Positions 26,001-38,878 are shown, numbered from the stretch's first letter. The stretch is DNA of 64,000 nt from Macrostomum hystrix (GCA_950097015.1 CATNEN010000025.1:2232001-2296000); one strand, 5' to 3'. A program made the numbers and translations. The notes: a model not told the origin generated them from the sequence alone.

Positions 26001-29000
26001 CTCGGCGGCCTGCATCAGCTCGCAGGCGTCCCTATTGTAGTCGTGGACTTCCGCAGCCTTATAGTTGGGGTGGAGGAGATCAATAGGATCAGGTTGATTG
26101 GCTGAGACACTCATTGAGTTCTGTATGAGCTTTCTGTTCACTCCATCTCATTCTGTCCACTTCTTACCTTGGCCAAGTTGGCGGCCCTGCACTCAGCATA
26201 GTGCTCCAGCAGGCGCCAGTAGTCACCTAGATCCGCGGCAACCTTCGCCATCGTCTCGTCAGCCGCCGCGGCCGCCTCAGCCTCGGCCAGCAGGGCGGCA
26301 ACTCGCGCGCCCAGCGGCGCCAGCGAAGTCGCTCTGAAGTCCTCAAAAGAGGCGCAGAGTCGTTCGCACTGCTCCGCGTCGGCGCCGTACTCCTCGGAGG
26401 CCGCAATCACCAGCTGGGCGTCAATCAGCTCGCGGGCGTCGGCCACTTCGGCGGCCAGTCGCGCTCTGTCGCGTCGAGCCTCCAGAGCGGCGCGCTGCTC
26501 GGCCGCTTGACGGCGCAGCTCTGACAGGCGTCGCCGTCGGGGATCCTGCGAATCAGCGTCGCCGGGAATCGACGCAGCCATGTCGGCGAGGCTCCGCTCG
26601 ACGCCGGCAAGGCGTTTCAGCGCCTTCTCGGCGGCCGCGCGCTGTTGAATCGGGTCGGCTGAGAGAGTTTCGATGTTGGACGTTGCTGCCGCGTCTGTAA
26701 CTGGCAGCGCGGAGGTGGCAAGATCTTCGGCGACTATCTGAACGCCGCCGCCGCCGCCACCAAGCAGGAGGGCGCAGTCGTCTAGTTGCTGCTCAGACTC
26801 GGCGCGGTCGACTGATAGGCGCTGAGCGATGGCAGCCTGTTGTAGCTGCTCGGATTTTTTTTAGTTTATTTCCGTTCAATCCTTTTCCTGGCTTTTTCTG
26901 ATTTCATCATTGATCCCTTCTCCGAATTACAATTTTCCAATTTTACTTTCCAAATCCCCTATTTCAGATCCGTTCTAGTTCTATCGAATTCCCTCCACTA
27001 AGTGCCTCTCTTCCAGATCCCTTCTCCCAAATCCCCTGTCACAAATCTCTCCAAAATCCCCTCTACTAGATCCCCTCCCAGATCACCTCTTACAGATCCA
27101 CTCTCCCAAATCTCCTTACCTGCTCCTCGCGTTTGGCCAGCACAGCCTCCAGTTTTTCCATCCTTTCCACGAGCTCCTTGGCCTTCCCACCGTCGCTGCC
27201 ATCAGCCTTGGCCATCTCTAGCAGCTTCTCAATGGCGGCCCGCCGGCCGGCCAGTTCCGTCTGCAATCCCGCCTGACTCTGTCGCAGCAGCCGCTCAGAT
27301 TCGGGCGTCGGTGTAGCTGCAGACGCGGCCTTCTCGGACATCGCCGCCGACATCAGACGCTCGTCGGCCCAGCGCAGCTCGCGATCTAAGCTGGCGTTGA
27401 GTCGACAGGTGGCCTCAGCCTCGACCAGTTGGTCGCGTCGCTCAGCCAGCCGAGGCGCCAGACTCTCGCAAGCGACCTCCTGCTTGCGCAGCGCTGCCAG
27501 GAGGGCTTCGGAGTTGTAGTGGCCGCGGTCAGCCAGCTCCTTGCCCAGCTTGGCCAGCTCAGCTGTTTGGCTGGCGCATTGGGCCAGGCGCTCCTCCAGG
27601 TACTGCGCGGAGTTTCACGGGAATTATTCATGAGGAATAGGATGCTGGGAGGGCTGCCTCAGGTTGCTTAATAATTTAGTGATCCTTTGAATTGGGAAGG
27701 AACTGTTTAATTGCTTCGACGAAAAATTTTAATTCCTTAGTTAATCTACACAGCACTAAAGACACTGCTTAGAGATGCTTGAAAGAATGGCCCACTCTGT
27801 AAACAAAGATTTCCCCAGCTGCGTTTTCTGGTTGGTAGATTGCAAAGCTATTTTTATAAACGAATTGAGTACATCTGTCCCAATTTTAGTCGACAGCACA
27901 GCCGCAGCTATTGCGCGGCGCATCTGAAAGCTGCGTACGGCTGTTCAGTCCATGGACTGGTTGGATTCCACACCAACTCCCAATTATCCATTTAACAGCT
28001 GGGTTAAGCTTCTCTCTAAAGTGGAGTCAGCAATCGAACCTCCGACCTTCGTGAATATCTAGGCCACAACCCCGCAGCTAGATTCCCCGCTGTTGCTATA
28101 GTTGATTGACAAATGAAACAGTACTGACGAGTGGGTCAATCTCCCATCACAGAGAGCTCACCTCCTGCTTGTCCCACTGAGCTCTCGCCGAGCGATCATC
28201 CTCCACGACAGGCGCTCGAGCCGCCTCCTTGGCCAGCCGGTCCGCCTGCTCCGCGGCAGCTTCCAGACGCTCCATCAGCTGCTGCTCCAGTTGGGCCTCC
28301 TTTAGTTCGACGCCCTTCTCGGCCGCAGCTGCCTCGACGCTGCTCCAGAGAGACTCGACTGCGGCTAGCCGGTCCAGAGCCTCTTGCGCGCCTGGATGAC
28401 CCTTGGCCTGCAGTTGCTGAGCCTCCTTTAGTAGTAGGATGGATGGTGCGACACAAGGAGATGCTTGGACGGTTTCGGAGCGACAGGGGGCAATTCCTAA
28501 TCTGATTGGACTGTTTTGGAGTGAGGAGGGGAAACGTGTAATCTTATTGGATGGTTTAGGAGTGAGGAGGGTGACGTGTAATCTTATTGGATGGTTTAGG
28601 AGTGACGAGGGTGACGTGTAATCTTATTGGATGGTTTAGGAGTGAGGAGGGTGACGTGTAATTTTATTGGATGGCTTAGGAGTGAGGAGCGTGACGTCTA
28701 ATCTTATTGTATGGTTTAGGACTGTGGAGGGGAAACTTGTAATATTATTCGATGGCTTAGGAGTGAGGAAGGTGACATCTAATCTTATTGGATTGTTTAG
28801 GAGTGAGGAGGGTGACGTCTAATCTTATTGGATGGCTTAGGAGTGAGGAAGGTGAAGTTTAATCCAGTTTGTTTGACTTAGGAGTGAGGAAAGGAAGCTC
28901 GTCATCTGATTGGGCGGTAAAGCGATTAAGGAATTAAAACTTTTTTTCATACAAAAATAATTTTCTAAATATTAGAATAGAAATAGTCAGGTCACGAAAT

Positions 29001-32000
29001 CTAAAAAGAGAGTCCTAGAATTGTTCACACGCGACTTTGAGTGAGAGGGACGGGGCGTAATGGCCTCCTACAGGACCATGGGAGGATCTAATTCTCTGCC
29101 CGCCGGCCAGCAAAGTCATGGTAGAATAGAGTCTTTCTAACCTTGCGCAACGTCTGCAGTTGTGGCGCCTGAGCAGCCATCTCAGCTTCGAACGCTCGAT
29201 GCCGCAGCTGCCGCCTTTGAATATCGCCGCCGCCTTCCTGACGATGCGAGCGATCCTCAGCGGCCGGCCGCTTTTCGGCGAGCCACTCGGCCAGCTCGTC
29301 GGTGGCCAGCGCGAATGCGGCGAGCTCGGCGGCGTCTCGCAGCTCGCCGCGCCGACGCACGCCAGCAGCGCGCGCCGCCGCCAGAGCTTCCGACGCTCCC
29401 GCCAGTCTAGCTTCGACCTTTTGCCGGTCCTCGGGGCCGATCTCCAACCTCGGCGACTGAGCCGACTCCCATCGGCTGGACAAATCGGCGACACGGCGAC
29501 TCAACGGCTCCAGGCCGGAGGAAATTGCCAAGTCGACCTCGTGCGGCGAGCGAAGGCCGGTGAGTCGGCGCTGCCAGGCGGCGAGGCCGGCTGTGGCTCG
29601 ATCCGCTTCGCGTAGGAAGCGACGCGCCGAAGCCTCCGTCTGGCGCTGACGACGTCGACGTTGCGTGGCGTCGGCTAGAGCGGCGCGCTTAGCTCTTAGC
29701 CGCTGACGCAGAGCCAGAAGTTGAGGATCGCGCGGAGTGCCCGAAGCTGCCAGCTGGGCGTCTAGCGACTGTTCCAGGGCTTCGGTGCTCGCCAGCAACT
29801 GGTCCAGCTGCTCCTCATCCTCTTCAACCGATGACGGCTCGTCAACTGAATTCAGGCGACGCTGTTGCTGAGAGAAAGCAGACGAGCCGGATCTGTGGAG
29901 CACAATTTTCCGTTTATGAAGCTGCTGCCAGCATGGGAGAGTTCACTGAGTGAGTTGGTTGTTGAAATGAAGGGCAGAGAGTGACGCGGAGTGAGGTGGC
30001 TGTTGAAATGAAGGGCAGAGAGTGATGCGGAGTGAGGTGGCTGTTGAAATGAAGGGCAGAGAGTGATGCGGAGTGAGGTGGCTGTTGAAATGAAGGGCAG
30101 AGAGTGATGCGGAGTGAGGTGGCTGTTGAAATGAAGGGCAGAGAGTGATGCGGAGTGAGGTGGTTGTTGTAAAGAGGGGGCAGAGAAACCGGGAGTGAGG
30201 TGGCTTTTAGAATGAAGCCAAAGTCAACCGCGCTTTCTCTCACCTTGCCGGGCTCAGTGGAGCATCCGCCGACGCCGCCTCGAGTCTCTCCAGCGCCTTG
30301 GCCGCCTCCGCCTCCAGCAGCAGTTTCTCGCGTCTTTCGCACAGCTCCCGCTCTCGTCCGGCAGCCATCTCGGACACCAGCTCGGCGAGATCGGCGAGTT
30401 TCTCCAGTCTGGCGTCGATGAAAGCCGCCTCGGTGGGGTGGACCTCCTTGACCGCTCGGCCTTCGTAGTCGAGTTCGGCCGCTTTGGACTTCAAGGCGTC
30501 AATCTCCTTGCACAGATGCCGATGATGAGCGAGTTGGGCGGCATTGCCGGCCAGGTGCTGTCCGGGGTCGCGGCGCTCTGCCAGGAGGTCGCGGCGTTCC
30601 TCCAGCTGCTCCTTGGTCTCCTGGGAGCGCTTGGCAAAGCGCTCGATGCTGCGTGAATGCAGATAGTAGTATGCAGCATGAGAATCAGGTGAGAATTAGA
30701 TGAGAATCAGGTGAGAATTAGTTGAGAATAGGGTGAGAATCGGATGAGAATAGGATGAGAATAAATTGAGAATGGGATGAGAATCTGGTGATAATGGGAT
30801 GAGAATCAGGTAAGAATAGGGTGAGAATGAAAATCAAATGAGAGTAGACAGGAAAACCGTTTGAGAACTAAAATTTGTACTTTTGTTACCTTGACGAATC
30901 GGCCAATTTCTTCTCCTTCTGAATCTTCAACTTGTTCAATCGGTCCCATCTGTAATTATATTGAACAAATATTGAATTCTGCAAATAAACTTTATGTAAC
31001 AGAATACGTTGTGCAAATAAAAAATGCCAATGTGGATTTAAAAAGACAGTTTAATTTAGGAAAATTGGACGAAAAAATTCCTTTTTGCAATATACGAATA
31101 AAGTGATCCTGCTATAATATTTTCATGTATTCATCTAAGCTAAAATACACAGTTTTGTGCGTGCTAATACAATTATAAGCTTGCAGTGAAAGTAAGGTGC
31201 TAATTCTGATAGTTTTGATTTTTTTTCGATTTGAGATCTCGAATTTACCCGTCCATCACTGCGCGATGCAGTCCCATCACCTTGGTCACCCTAATCACTG
31301 GCCTGTAAAAATGGAAATTGTGTAAAAATAGTAAAAGTAGGAGAATTTCAGCACATTGTGCTACTCATGGACGGCTGGGCAAGTAGGCCATTTTGCACGT
31401 GTCGCTGAAATTTATGTCTAAGCGAGAAGCTGCTGGACAAAATGCTAATTTTTCTCAGCTTCTCAGGCTTCGAATCGCGAGGTAAGAAATATTCGTGCGA
31501 AACTGTAGACCTAAACTTTCTCTGATGTTCGGCTTAATAAAAAAAGGTTTGAATAATGTGAAAACACACACTTGTTGTTGACCGTGTGAAAGTTCGCGGA
31601 CCAATAGTTCCCTCATCTACCTCAGCTTTTAGAATTTTACACATGTAAGCTAAACCACTGTCATTTTCTAAATAGTCTATCAATCGACAGTCACACTCTG
31701 GACAGTCACTCTCTGGACAGTCACTCACTGGACAGTCACTCAGCAGGCAGTCGAGATGTCTGACCTGTCGTGTAGACCCTTCAGCAGGCCCTTCGACTTG
31801 TTCGTCGCCGCCTCCGCTCGCTTCGCTGCCGGCGCCGCTTCAGCTGCCATCACGGTCGCCGAAGATGCGGCCGCGTCTGCCGCCTCCTTCGCAGCTGTCG
31901 CCGCATCAGCGAGCAGCTCCTTGGCCAGGATGTCCAGCTCATCCAGCCGACCCTTGTTGGCCGCCATCTCCTGAAAGTGCCGCTCGCAGCGCTTGCGCAC

Positions 32001-35000
32001 CGCCGCGGAGCCGTTGGCCAGGATGAGAAACGGCGGCTCGTCGGCTGCCAGAGCGGCCTCCTTGCCAGCCAGCCAGTCGGCGAAGGCCTCGGCCAGCTCA
32101 AAGAAGCGGAACTGACGACCCGCCTGGGCGAGCGAACGCTCGCGGGCTGCTGCCAGAGCCGACAGCTTGGCGAAGGTCTCATCCAGCTGCTCCATGCGTT
32201 GCCTGACGGCCGTTCGCTCGGCTTCGGACAGGTGTCGACCGCGTCTCCTACCGCGTCTGCGCCAACGACTCAACCGGCGTCGGCTGCGTCGATGCAGATC
32301 GCCGGCGCCCCGACGAAACTCGGGGCGACGACTGGCGACGCGACCGCTGGCGCCGCCGTCCTCCAGTTCTGAGGCTCGCTTGAACACAGTTCGAGTGCGC
32401 GGAACTCGCATCGTCACCTGTGAAATAGGGATATGGTGCTCGCATTGTTTTGGTAACCCCATTCAAAAAGCTTTCGTTTTTCCTCGAATGAGAGAGAACC
32501 TGGAGTCCTCCGTGCGTTCACAGTACTGTTTGTACTCACAGTCCCCTGCGTACTCACAGGTGCTTACCTTTAGCTACATAAAGCATAAAGATCTTGGATT
32601 GATGGGTATTAGCAACATCCAAGATTCTGTGATCAAACTCACTTCAACCGGTCTTGGCACTCGCACTGTAACCGTTGTCGGCGAAATCTCCGTCAGGTAA
32701 ATAGCCGGCAGAAATCCTCTCTTGTTGGTGGTCAGATCCCGCACCGAGTACCAGTCCTTGTTGGTCTTTTGTAGCAGCTCGAATATGTCGCCCTTCTCCG
32801 CGCTGAGGTCTCGCTTTTTTGGATCCCTGGCCGTGTACGAGTGGTTCACCACCACCCGCTTGATTCGCCTAGGCTCCTCAGCTTCCACTAGCTTTATCTC
32901 CGTGATGAGCTCCTCGAAGGGCTCCTCCACGGCGATAATAGGATCATCTTCCTCTTCAGCAGACGCAATGACAGAGTTGTTCGCTTCTTCAAGTCCATCA
33001 TCCTCTTCTTCTTCAAAGTCGTCCTCGTCTCCAAGACTGCTCAACTGGTCGTTGTCAGCTTCCTGTTTAAAAAAATCCTTTCTGATAAAACCAGCGAGAA
33101 AGCCATCACAGAACAGGGAAACGGAATTTTGCACAGAGAAGCTTTTCAAAATCACAGAAGCACGAACCTCTCCGGTGCCTGACTTCTTGTTTGCCGCCGC
33201 AACGCCTTCATCGGACGTTAGTCGACGCGACATCTCCCGCAGGCCTGCTAATTCTCCGTTCGACTCACCGACCGCGCCTCCGCCGCCGCGACCGAAGGCT
33301 TCCAGCTCCTGACGCAGATATCGATGCCGTTTGAGAAGCGCGGCGGCAGATCCAGCGTCGTGCCCGACGTCATGTCCGGCTAGAAGCGGGGCCACATCGG
33401 CCATGTGATCGTCGGCTTCGCCGGCTGCGGAGAAAAACTGGTGAACGTCGAGACGTTGAGCCGCGTCGGCCTGGCAGGCGTGGAGAAGGTGCCGGAGATC
33501 GCGCCAACCGGAACGAAGTCGGCGAAGCCAGTCGCCGATGGCAACTTCCCGATGTTTGGCCGTCTCGACGATGTCACTATTGTCGCCGTCAGTTCTGCCG
33601 GTTTTCTTGACGTCGGTCAACTGCTGCTGGGCCGACTCGCAGACGGCACAGAGGTGAGCAAATTTTACCTGAAATTCGTAGTTTAGAAGGGGTTAACAAT
33701 AGAAATATTAATTGCTGGAGGGGTGTGGGTACAGGCATATCTTTTGTTGGCAACAGTAGGTAAACAGCTTGCGAGGAGGCAATTCTGCCCATACCGCTGA
33801 CTCCTGAGCACACACACACACACACACAGATACCGTACGCAGGCACTCGCTCACACAGGTGCGTACATCTGCCCTGACTTTCTCATCGTCAGGCAGTGTA
33901 CACTCTGACTGTGGCTTTCGGGTTGGACCTCAGGGGCGAAAATTGCACGAAAAGCCACCAAGCCTTCTCTCCGCGGCTGCGCCCAAAATTAATGAGACCT
34001 CGACTGAATCAATCGAGCTCAGGGTCCTTCTGCCACTCACCCCTGTGACGAAGGGATACCACAGGCCGTTCTAACAATTGTGAGACTTTTTTATTGTTTA
34101 GCTACATGCCATAAAGGTTGCCATCAAAGACTCCATAAACTCAACGGGCGTTCGCAGTCGATTCGCTCACCGATTGACGGTGCTCGATTTCCGCCTCCTC
34201 AATCTGCAGGCGGCTGACCAGTCGGCAAGCCGCTCTCAGGTCGCCGTGACCGGCTGTCGTTGCCTGCTGCTGCTGCTGCTGCAGCCGGCCCAGGCCAGCC
34301 AGCTTCTCAGCCAGCCAGGCCTCCTCATCCTCGCAGCTGCGGCTCAGCTGATGAAAGTCTCGCGCAGCTTCCAGTCGACTCCGCCGGTCAGCGAACGCTT
34401 GCAACAGTGACTGGTAGTCCTCCTCCAGTGACATCAGCTTCTGGCTAAGCGACATGGCCGGTGCGCCGGTGGTCCGACCGTCGCAGAGGCGTCTAGCGCG
34501 GGTGGCCAATCGATTCACCTTTCGGTTCGAGAAGGAGAAGTCGAATCAACGTCCTGAGCAAGAAAATCTGAGCACAAAACCAATTACCGGGTATTTTACC
34601 TGCTCGTGCAGAGCGATCAGTTCCTGCTCCGAGATCCTGTGCCGCGCCAGCAGATCTTCGCAGGCCATCAGGTCGGCCCCGGTGTCACGCGATGTTACAG
34701 CCTCTCGCAGGGCCTTAAAATGGTTAATTTCGCATCGTTTCGGTTCTATTCAATACAATCAACATTTGTTGACATCAACAAAAAGACGGCCGTCCTGTCT
34801 CTCATTGTTCAACAGAATTACACATACTCGGAAGTACCAATTCGCTGAGAAATCCTCAAACTGCATCCAAATAAAGGCGACTGCTAAAGATAGAAAATTT
34901 GAAAGCTAAATACGTCTCGTTGGATAAAGAATCAATAATGACAGATGACTGGTGATCAGGTGGGTGTATGATCTAGGATCTGAGCAACGAGGATCCAAGC

Positions 35001-36825
35001 ATAACAAAAAAACTTTACCTGAAGCTGAGCGCGCATGGCCTCCATCTCCTTGCCAGCGGACGCCATCTCGGCGTAAGGACGCAGGCTGGCCTCCTTCTCT
35101 GCGAACGCCTCCGTCAGGCCGACCCACTGAGCGCGCACTTCGTCCTTGTTGCGAGCGATGGCAGCCTTGTCGTGATAGTTCTCGTCGATTAGACGCTTCG
35201 CAGCTGCGTAGAACGGCTCAAAGCGGATCGCCTCCTGGTTGTGGATGGCGCTCTGCACTCGCAGCAGCCGCTCCCAGGCATCTTCGGCTTCTTTCAACGA
35301 GTCGTCGCCAATGCGAAGGCTCGCTACCGCGCTGCCCAACTCGGCGAGGGTCTTCATCCGGGCTGGAAGCAGCACGCTGGTGAAGTGTCGAGCTCGCTTC
35401 TCCATCTCGAGTTGGCGGATTATCTCAGCCACCAAGGCGGCCTCGCGAGCCTGCTCAGCCGCTTCTAGGCGAGCCCAAGCCTGGCCAAGGTCCTCCAGAG
35501 TGGCGCCAGCGCGGGGCGTGTACAGTCGGTGTCCTTCGTTGCGTTGCAGAGTTTGAATGTCGTACAGCAGAACCTCGAGGTTGGTTAGCTCGCCGAACCT
35601 TTAGGCGTGACATTTTTACTACCAATTTGATCCAGTATTCGTCTACTTTTTTCCCTAAATTTGCGTCAGCAACTCACCTCTCGAACTTCTCAACCTGCAC
35701 GTATTGGTTGAAGCGTCGTTTTTCGTCCTGCAGGCCGGCCACAGTGTTTGGAAAGCTGCGATTGTCCAGCCAGGCCACCGTGCGCCGAATCCACTCCAGC
35801 AGGCCGCTGATGTTGGCCTCGTACTGCTGGACTCGCTTGGCGCTCTTTTGAATATCGCCCAGGAAGTTGGTGATCCTTTTAGATCCGGTCTCTTCGGTTT
35901 TGGCTCGGTTCAGCGCTGAGTAGAGATCGGTCACGTAGATAATGATGGATTTTTCATCTGGATCGTCCACTGCGACGTCTTCGGCGTCTAGCAGGCGCGG
36001 CACGCCGAACTCTTCAGCGGCGATGTCAAAGGCGTGATTAAGATTGTCGAGTCGATTCGCTGGGCTCAGCTGGGCGTAGTCGAACGACTCCGGTCGGTGT
36101 GAATGCAACAAAGCGTTGAAGGCCATGCCGTCGCGCCAGGAGCGATGGAAGTCCTTCACGGGGCCGCAGTTGGCGTAGCCGCGCGTCTTCTGCTGGCACC
36201 ACAGCAGCAGGGCTTCGTTAACCGATTTGGCGCCCTTGGCAATGCCCTGTGAGGTCGCATCGATTGAAAAGATTAACTGATAGCTTTGCCCCTAATGAAA
36301 TCAAATCAAGTACCAATCAACCTCAAGTTGGACGTCAAGCAGAGAACAATCGAAGCCTACCTGATCGCCGCCAACGGTGAGCTCCTCAGCAATCATGGCG
36401 ATGTGATAGTGCCGAATCATCTGCCAGATAAGACCCAGCGTCAGTGTGACATCGCCGTCGACAATGTTCTCGTTGCCGACGCCAACAACGATTGGTTGGC
36501 CGTCGCGCAGCGCGCCAGTCCGCGGGTCGCGCATTCGTTTGCGCGTATTACGCAGCACGTCCAGGGCGCGAGAGACATTGTCCACGCGTTGAACTCTCAG
36601 AATGCCCTGATTGGGCCTGCCGATGCTCACTTTCTGGAGCACCTCGACTAGACGAATCAGTCGGCGACCGTCGCGCAGATCTTCCAGCAGATTCTTTACC
36701 TTGTACTGCGGATCGATCAGAAATCGATTCGTCCAACGTTCGAATGTCTTCTTTTGGACATTCTCGCGAAGACGTTTCAACTCACGAGACTGCACCTCGA
36801 TCTGCTCCTCATTCTGGTAATCCAT
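14040..36825 (-). CDS. SPTBN5: Beta-heavy spectrin (karst/sma-1/SPTBN5-like), multi-exon, roughly 4000 aa
   Basis: N-terminal tandem CH domains ([11 protein letters not shown]; [30 protein letters not shown]), many Trp-containing spectrin repeats over about 25 GT-AG exons, an SH3 inside an early repeat, a C-terminal PH domain and a Lys-rich tail. SH3 plus length indicate the beta-H class. Not every internal junction was traced. Confidence 0.93.
14319..14366 (-). CDS. 48-nt symmetric spectrin exon ([16 protein letters not shown])
   Basis: Strong acceptor TTTTTGCTTCTTCAG and donor G|GTGAGT. Phase 1-1 and stop-free between the 15675 donor and the terminal exon (14040-14206). Confidence 0.75.
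15000..15560. repeat. 40-bp intronic minisatellite (GGCTGCCCATCTTAGCAGTTGGTCAATGATGGAGGGAGGT)n
   Basis: Period of 40, clean from about 15160 and degenerate to the left. Confidence 0.95.
15675..17510 (-). CDS. Spectrin PH domain split over exons 17280-17510, 17073-17163 and 15675-16157
   Basis: The spliced product reads [43 protein letters not shown]...[30 protein letters not shown]. All splice phases (0, 0, 1, 1) are compatible. Confidence 0.88.
16185..16385. repeat. Degenerate ~14-bp repeat (TGTACACTTCTGA/TATAA)n in spectrin intron
   Basis: Recurrent TGTACAC(A)TT units. Confidence 0.8.
16744..16995. repeat. 36-bp intronic minisatellite (AATCTATATCTAGTGTACACAGACACATTCCTTGCC)x7
   Basis: Seven near-identical units. 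Confidence 0.97.
17565..17710. repeat. 41-bp intronic minisatellite (GGGAGTGAGGTGGCTGTCGAAGCTTGGAGTTGCGAGGGTCA), about 3.5 units
   Basis: Unit starts at 17570, 17611, 17651 and 17692. Confidence 0.88.
18362..18640 (+). mobile_element. SINE family A, near full length, in spectrin intron
   Basis: tRNA-like head, CTGACGATGAGAAAGTCAG core and GAATTGCCTCCTCGCTGGCTG 3' part. Confidence 0.85.
19030..19285. repeat. Degenerate (CCCATTCTC)-type intronic repeat
   Basis: Recurrent CCCATT/CCCATG motifs. Confidence 0.8.
20290..20545. repeat. 23-bp two-variant intronic repeat (CATCATCGCTCA + AACCCTTTAAA or GAGTCTTCAAG)
   Basis: Constant 12-mer with two largely alternating 11-mers. Confidence 0.92.
22690..23168. 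repeat. 12-bp intronic repeat (CCCACACCCAAT)n, about 40 units
   Basis: Direct periodicity; starts about 10 nt inside the intron from the GTGAGT donor near 23178. Confidence 0.97.
25063..25400 (+). mobile_element. SINE family A, near full length, in spectrin intron
   Basis: Head GCCTCTCGCACCAAGGTCCCTGAGCTCGAT, same core and same 3' part. Confidence 0.85.
27925..28085 (-). mobile_element. Probable SINE family B, copy 1
   Basis: Shares GCTGCGTACGGCTGTTCAGTCCATGGAC with the 55.2-kb copy and has a minus-strand B-box-like GGTTCGATT. Confidence 0.5.
28500..28895. repeat. 40-bp intronic minisatellite (GGAGTGAGGAGGGTGACGTGTAATCTTATTGGATGGTTTA)n
   Basis: Period of 40, about 9 moderately diverged units. 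Confidence 0.92.
29950..30205. repeat. 41-bp intronic minisatellite (GGAGTGAGGTGGCTGTTGAAATGAAGGGCAGAGAGTGATGC)n
   Basis: Period of 41, about 5-6 units. Confidence 0.95.
30678..30842. repeat. Degenerate ~10-bp (GATGAGAAT) intronic repeat
   Basis: Recurrent TGAGAAT motif. Confidence 0.8.
32643..33668 (-). CDS. Spectrin exon with acidic insert and SH3 domain
   Basis: [57 protein letters not shown] is an SH3 signature. The exon is bounded by TTTCAG|GTA and GAA|GTGAGT. Confidence 0.9.
33765..34042 (-). mobile_element. SINE family A with deleted head, in spectrin intron
   Basis: The reverse complement matches the core and 3' part. The segment between the A and B boxes is missing. Confidence 0.85.
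35678..36825 (-). CDS. Spectrin actin-binding domain (CH1-CH2), exons 36361-36825 and 35678-36246
   Basis: Classical beta-spectrin ABD motifs. Donor CAG|GTAGGC, acceptor CACAG|GGC and donor AG|GTGAGT are in frame. Confidence 0.92.
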
Positions 36826-38878
36826 GCCGAGGGCTTGAACCTCGGTCGAGTTGCGGACGCGGATTCAGAAAAAAATCGGTGAAGTCTAGCTCAGTAGCTT
36901 CAGCAAACACCAGATTACGAAGTGACTAGATATTTGTCTTGATTTTATTGCTTATTTTTTTAATTCTACTGTTGTCTCGCCTCTATATAGATCAAGAAAA
37001 CTGAGCGCAAGGTTTGGGTGTGAGCGGCTTGCAAGACCGCCTCCCTCCCCGCAGGACGGGCAGCCACTCAGGCGTTCTTTCCCTAATCTATCTGCTCCTC
37101 CTTCCTCCGCGCACCTGTGCAATTGCGGCTGTGTGCAGTGCGAACGGCTGCTGCAGTTCTGCCCTCCAAGACAAACTGCGCGGGGGTGGGGCTTGCACAA
37201 TCACACAGCACATTTTGCAGCTGCATGTTGCCAGAAACTTCCAGTGTAATTTTGCTGGAGCATAGAATTACACTGCACTGGATGCAGACTCTTGTTTTGC
37301 TCGCTCTCGCTTTCTTTCTATCTGTTTCTTTCTTCTTTCGCAAAAGAAGAAGACGAAAAACGGCGGTGCAAGTTAGCCTGGAAAGCAGCGACACCAATTG
37401 GCCTAGACGCGATGGCATAGATAGCACCAATCAGCTCGATGTTGGCTTCTGCTGTTGTTGATTTAAAAAATCTTCAAGCCTCATCAAAATTGTTTACGCT
37501 ACTGCATTAGAAAGTCGTGTAATCGAATTTCAGCAATCAAATTTTTAGTTTATTTTTGTGACTGCATCAGTTGAATAAATGCAAGACAATTTTCAGCCAT
37601 GATTCGAGTTGTTTTGTGTAAATTAAATGCATGGGTACCTCTGACAGCAGGGTCGGACTCGCCCTGTAAATTCGTGCAGACGATAAGTTTGCTTTGATAA
37701 GGACTTCTGTGCTTGGTTGGGTTGAACATTCATATAGCCATTTTCAGCTTTGGTCTTTCAAAAATGCACATAAATGCGCCTAAATTCAGTCAGGGTCGAT
37801 AGGCTCATATAAAAAGGTTGCTCATCTACAGCATGCGTAGAAATGTGAAATTCATATGGAACACTTATATGTTAGACCAAAACTGGAATGCGCGGGCGAT
37901 TTGATTTACTATATCAGTATGGAATAGAATCTTGTTTACAACAAGACAGTCCACGCTACTCATGCATTTAGCTTCGGCAGAGCATTGGTATGCATTCGCT
38001 CGTTATCAAAAAGAGAATTCCGCGCAATCACACTTTTCAACCAAATGCAACAAATATTTTAGCCTTGAATGCCCCACTTCTGTGACACGAAACAATCGCT
38101 TTTAGGCCATTTCAATTTATAAATTAAAGAATAAATAAATGTTACAATTTATATTAATTACTTCGCTAATTAAATTGCGAAGTAAACGATCATTTCACTA
38201 ATACCGTTGTACAACCCTGTTGCAGTTGCGGCAATATAAAAGCAGTATGAGTTGAATTTAGCTATTTAAGATATATCTACTAGCTGGAAAAGTGTCAGAT
38301 GCTGCCATGACTGTACTATATGCATTCAATTTTTAAATGAAAAAAAAATTAATTTCATAAAAGTATAGTTCGTCTACAAATGGAACTTTTATCCCTTTTT
38401 AAAGTCAACTCAGTTGTAACATTTAAATAAGTCATCGAAGTTCAAATTTTAACGACATTTGTTTTCGCAACGTCACAAAAAACCTCGAAAGCTAAAAATG
38501 AAAAAATAAGTAATAGTTCATTATATAATGGTCGCATTCGGTTTTATATACATTTATTATCTTTGCATTTTGATGACGGCAAAATATAAGTTAAAAACCG
38601 GAATTAAAAGCCAAATTTTCAGAAAAACAAATATTTAGCTGTATATTATTTTCTTAAGGCTTAATTATATACTGTTGTAGTTAAAGAAAAATAGAATGTT
38701 CATTTTTGTGACTTTTTGCTTTTTCTCATCTCCAACATCATACTAAACTTAGCTGTGCTCTTAAATTTCAACATTGGAATTCAATTTCTTTTTATTGGAA
38801 AATTAGCTGATTAACTTTGATCCGTCTCATTCAGCTTCAAGGATAAAGTTATCTTTCTCTTTACTTACCTCTTTGAAA
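36826..38878. promoter_or_regulatory. Divergent (head-to-head) upstream region of beta-H spectrin and WDR35
   Basis: The two start codons point away from each other 2.05 kb apart. The region is AT-rich and free of arrays and SINEs. No specific elements were mapped. Confidence 0.45.

Noticed and set aside
17674-36929. Numerous plus-strand and off-frame ORFs over spectrin exons (likewise over the WDR35 and tankyrase exons)
   Set aside because: Antisense or alternate-frame shadows of GC-rich coding DNA that is poor in stop codons.
37014-37461. Short ORFs upstream of spectrin
   Set aside because: No recognisable homology or consistent splice path. Possibly untranslated exons.
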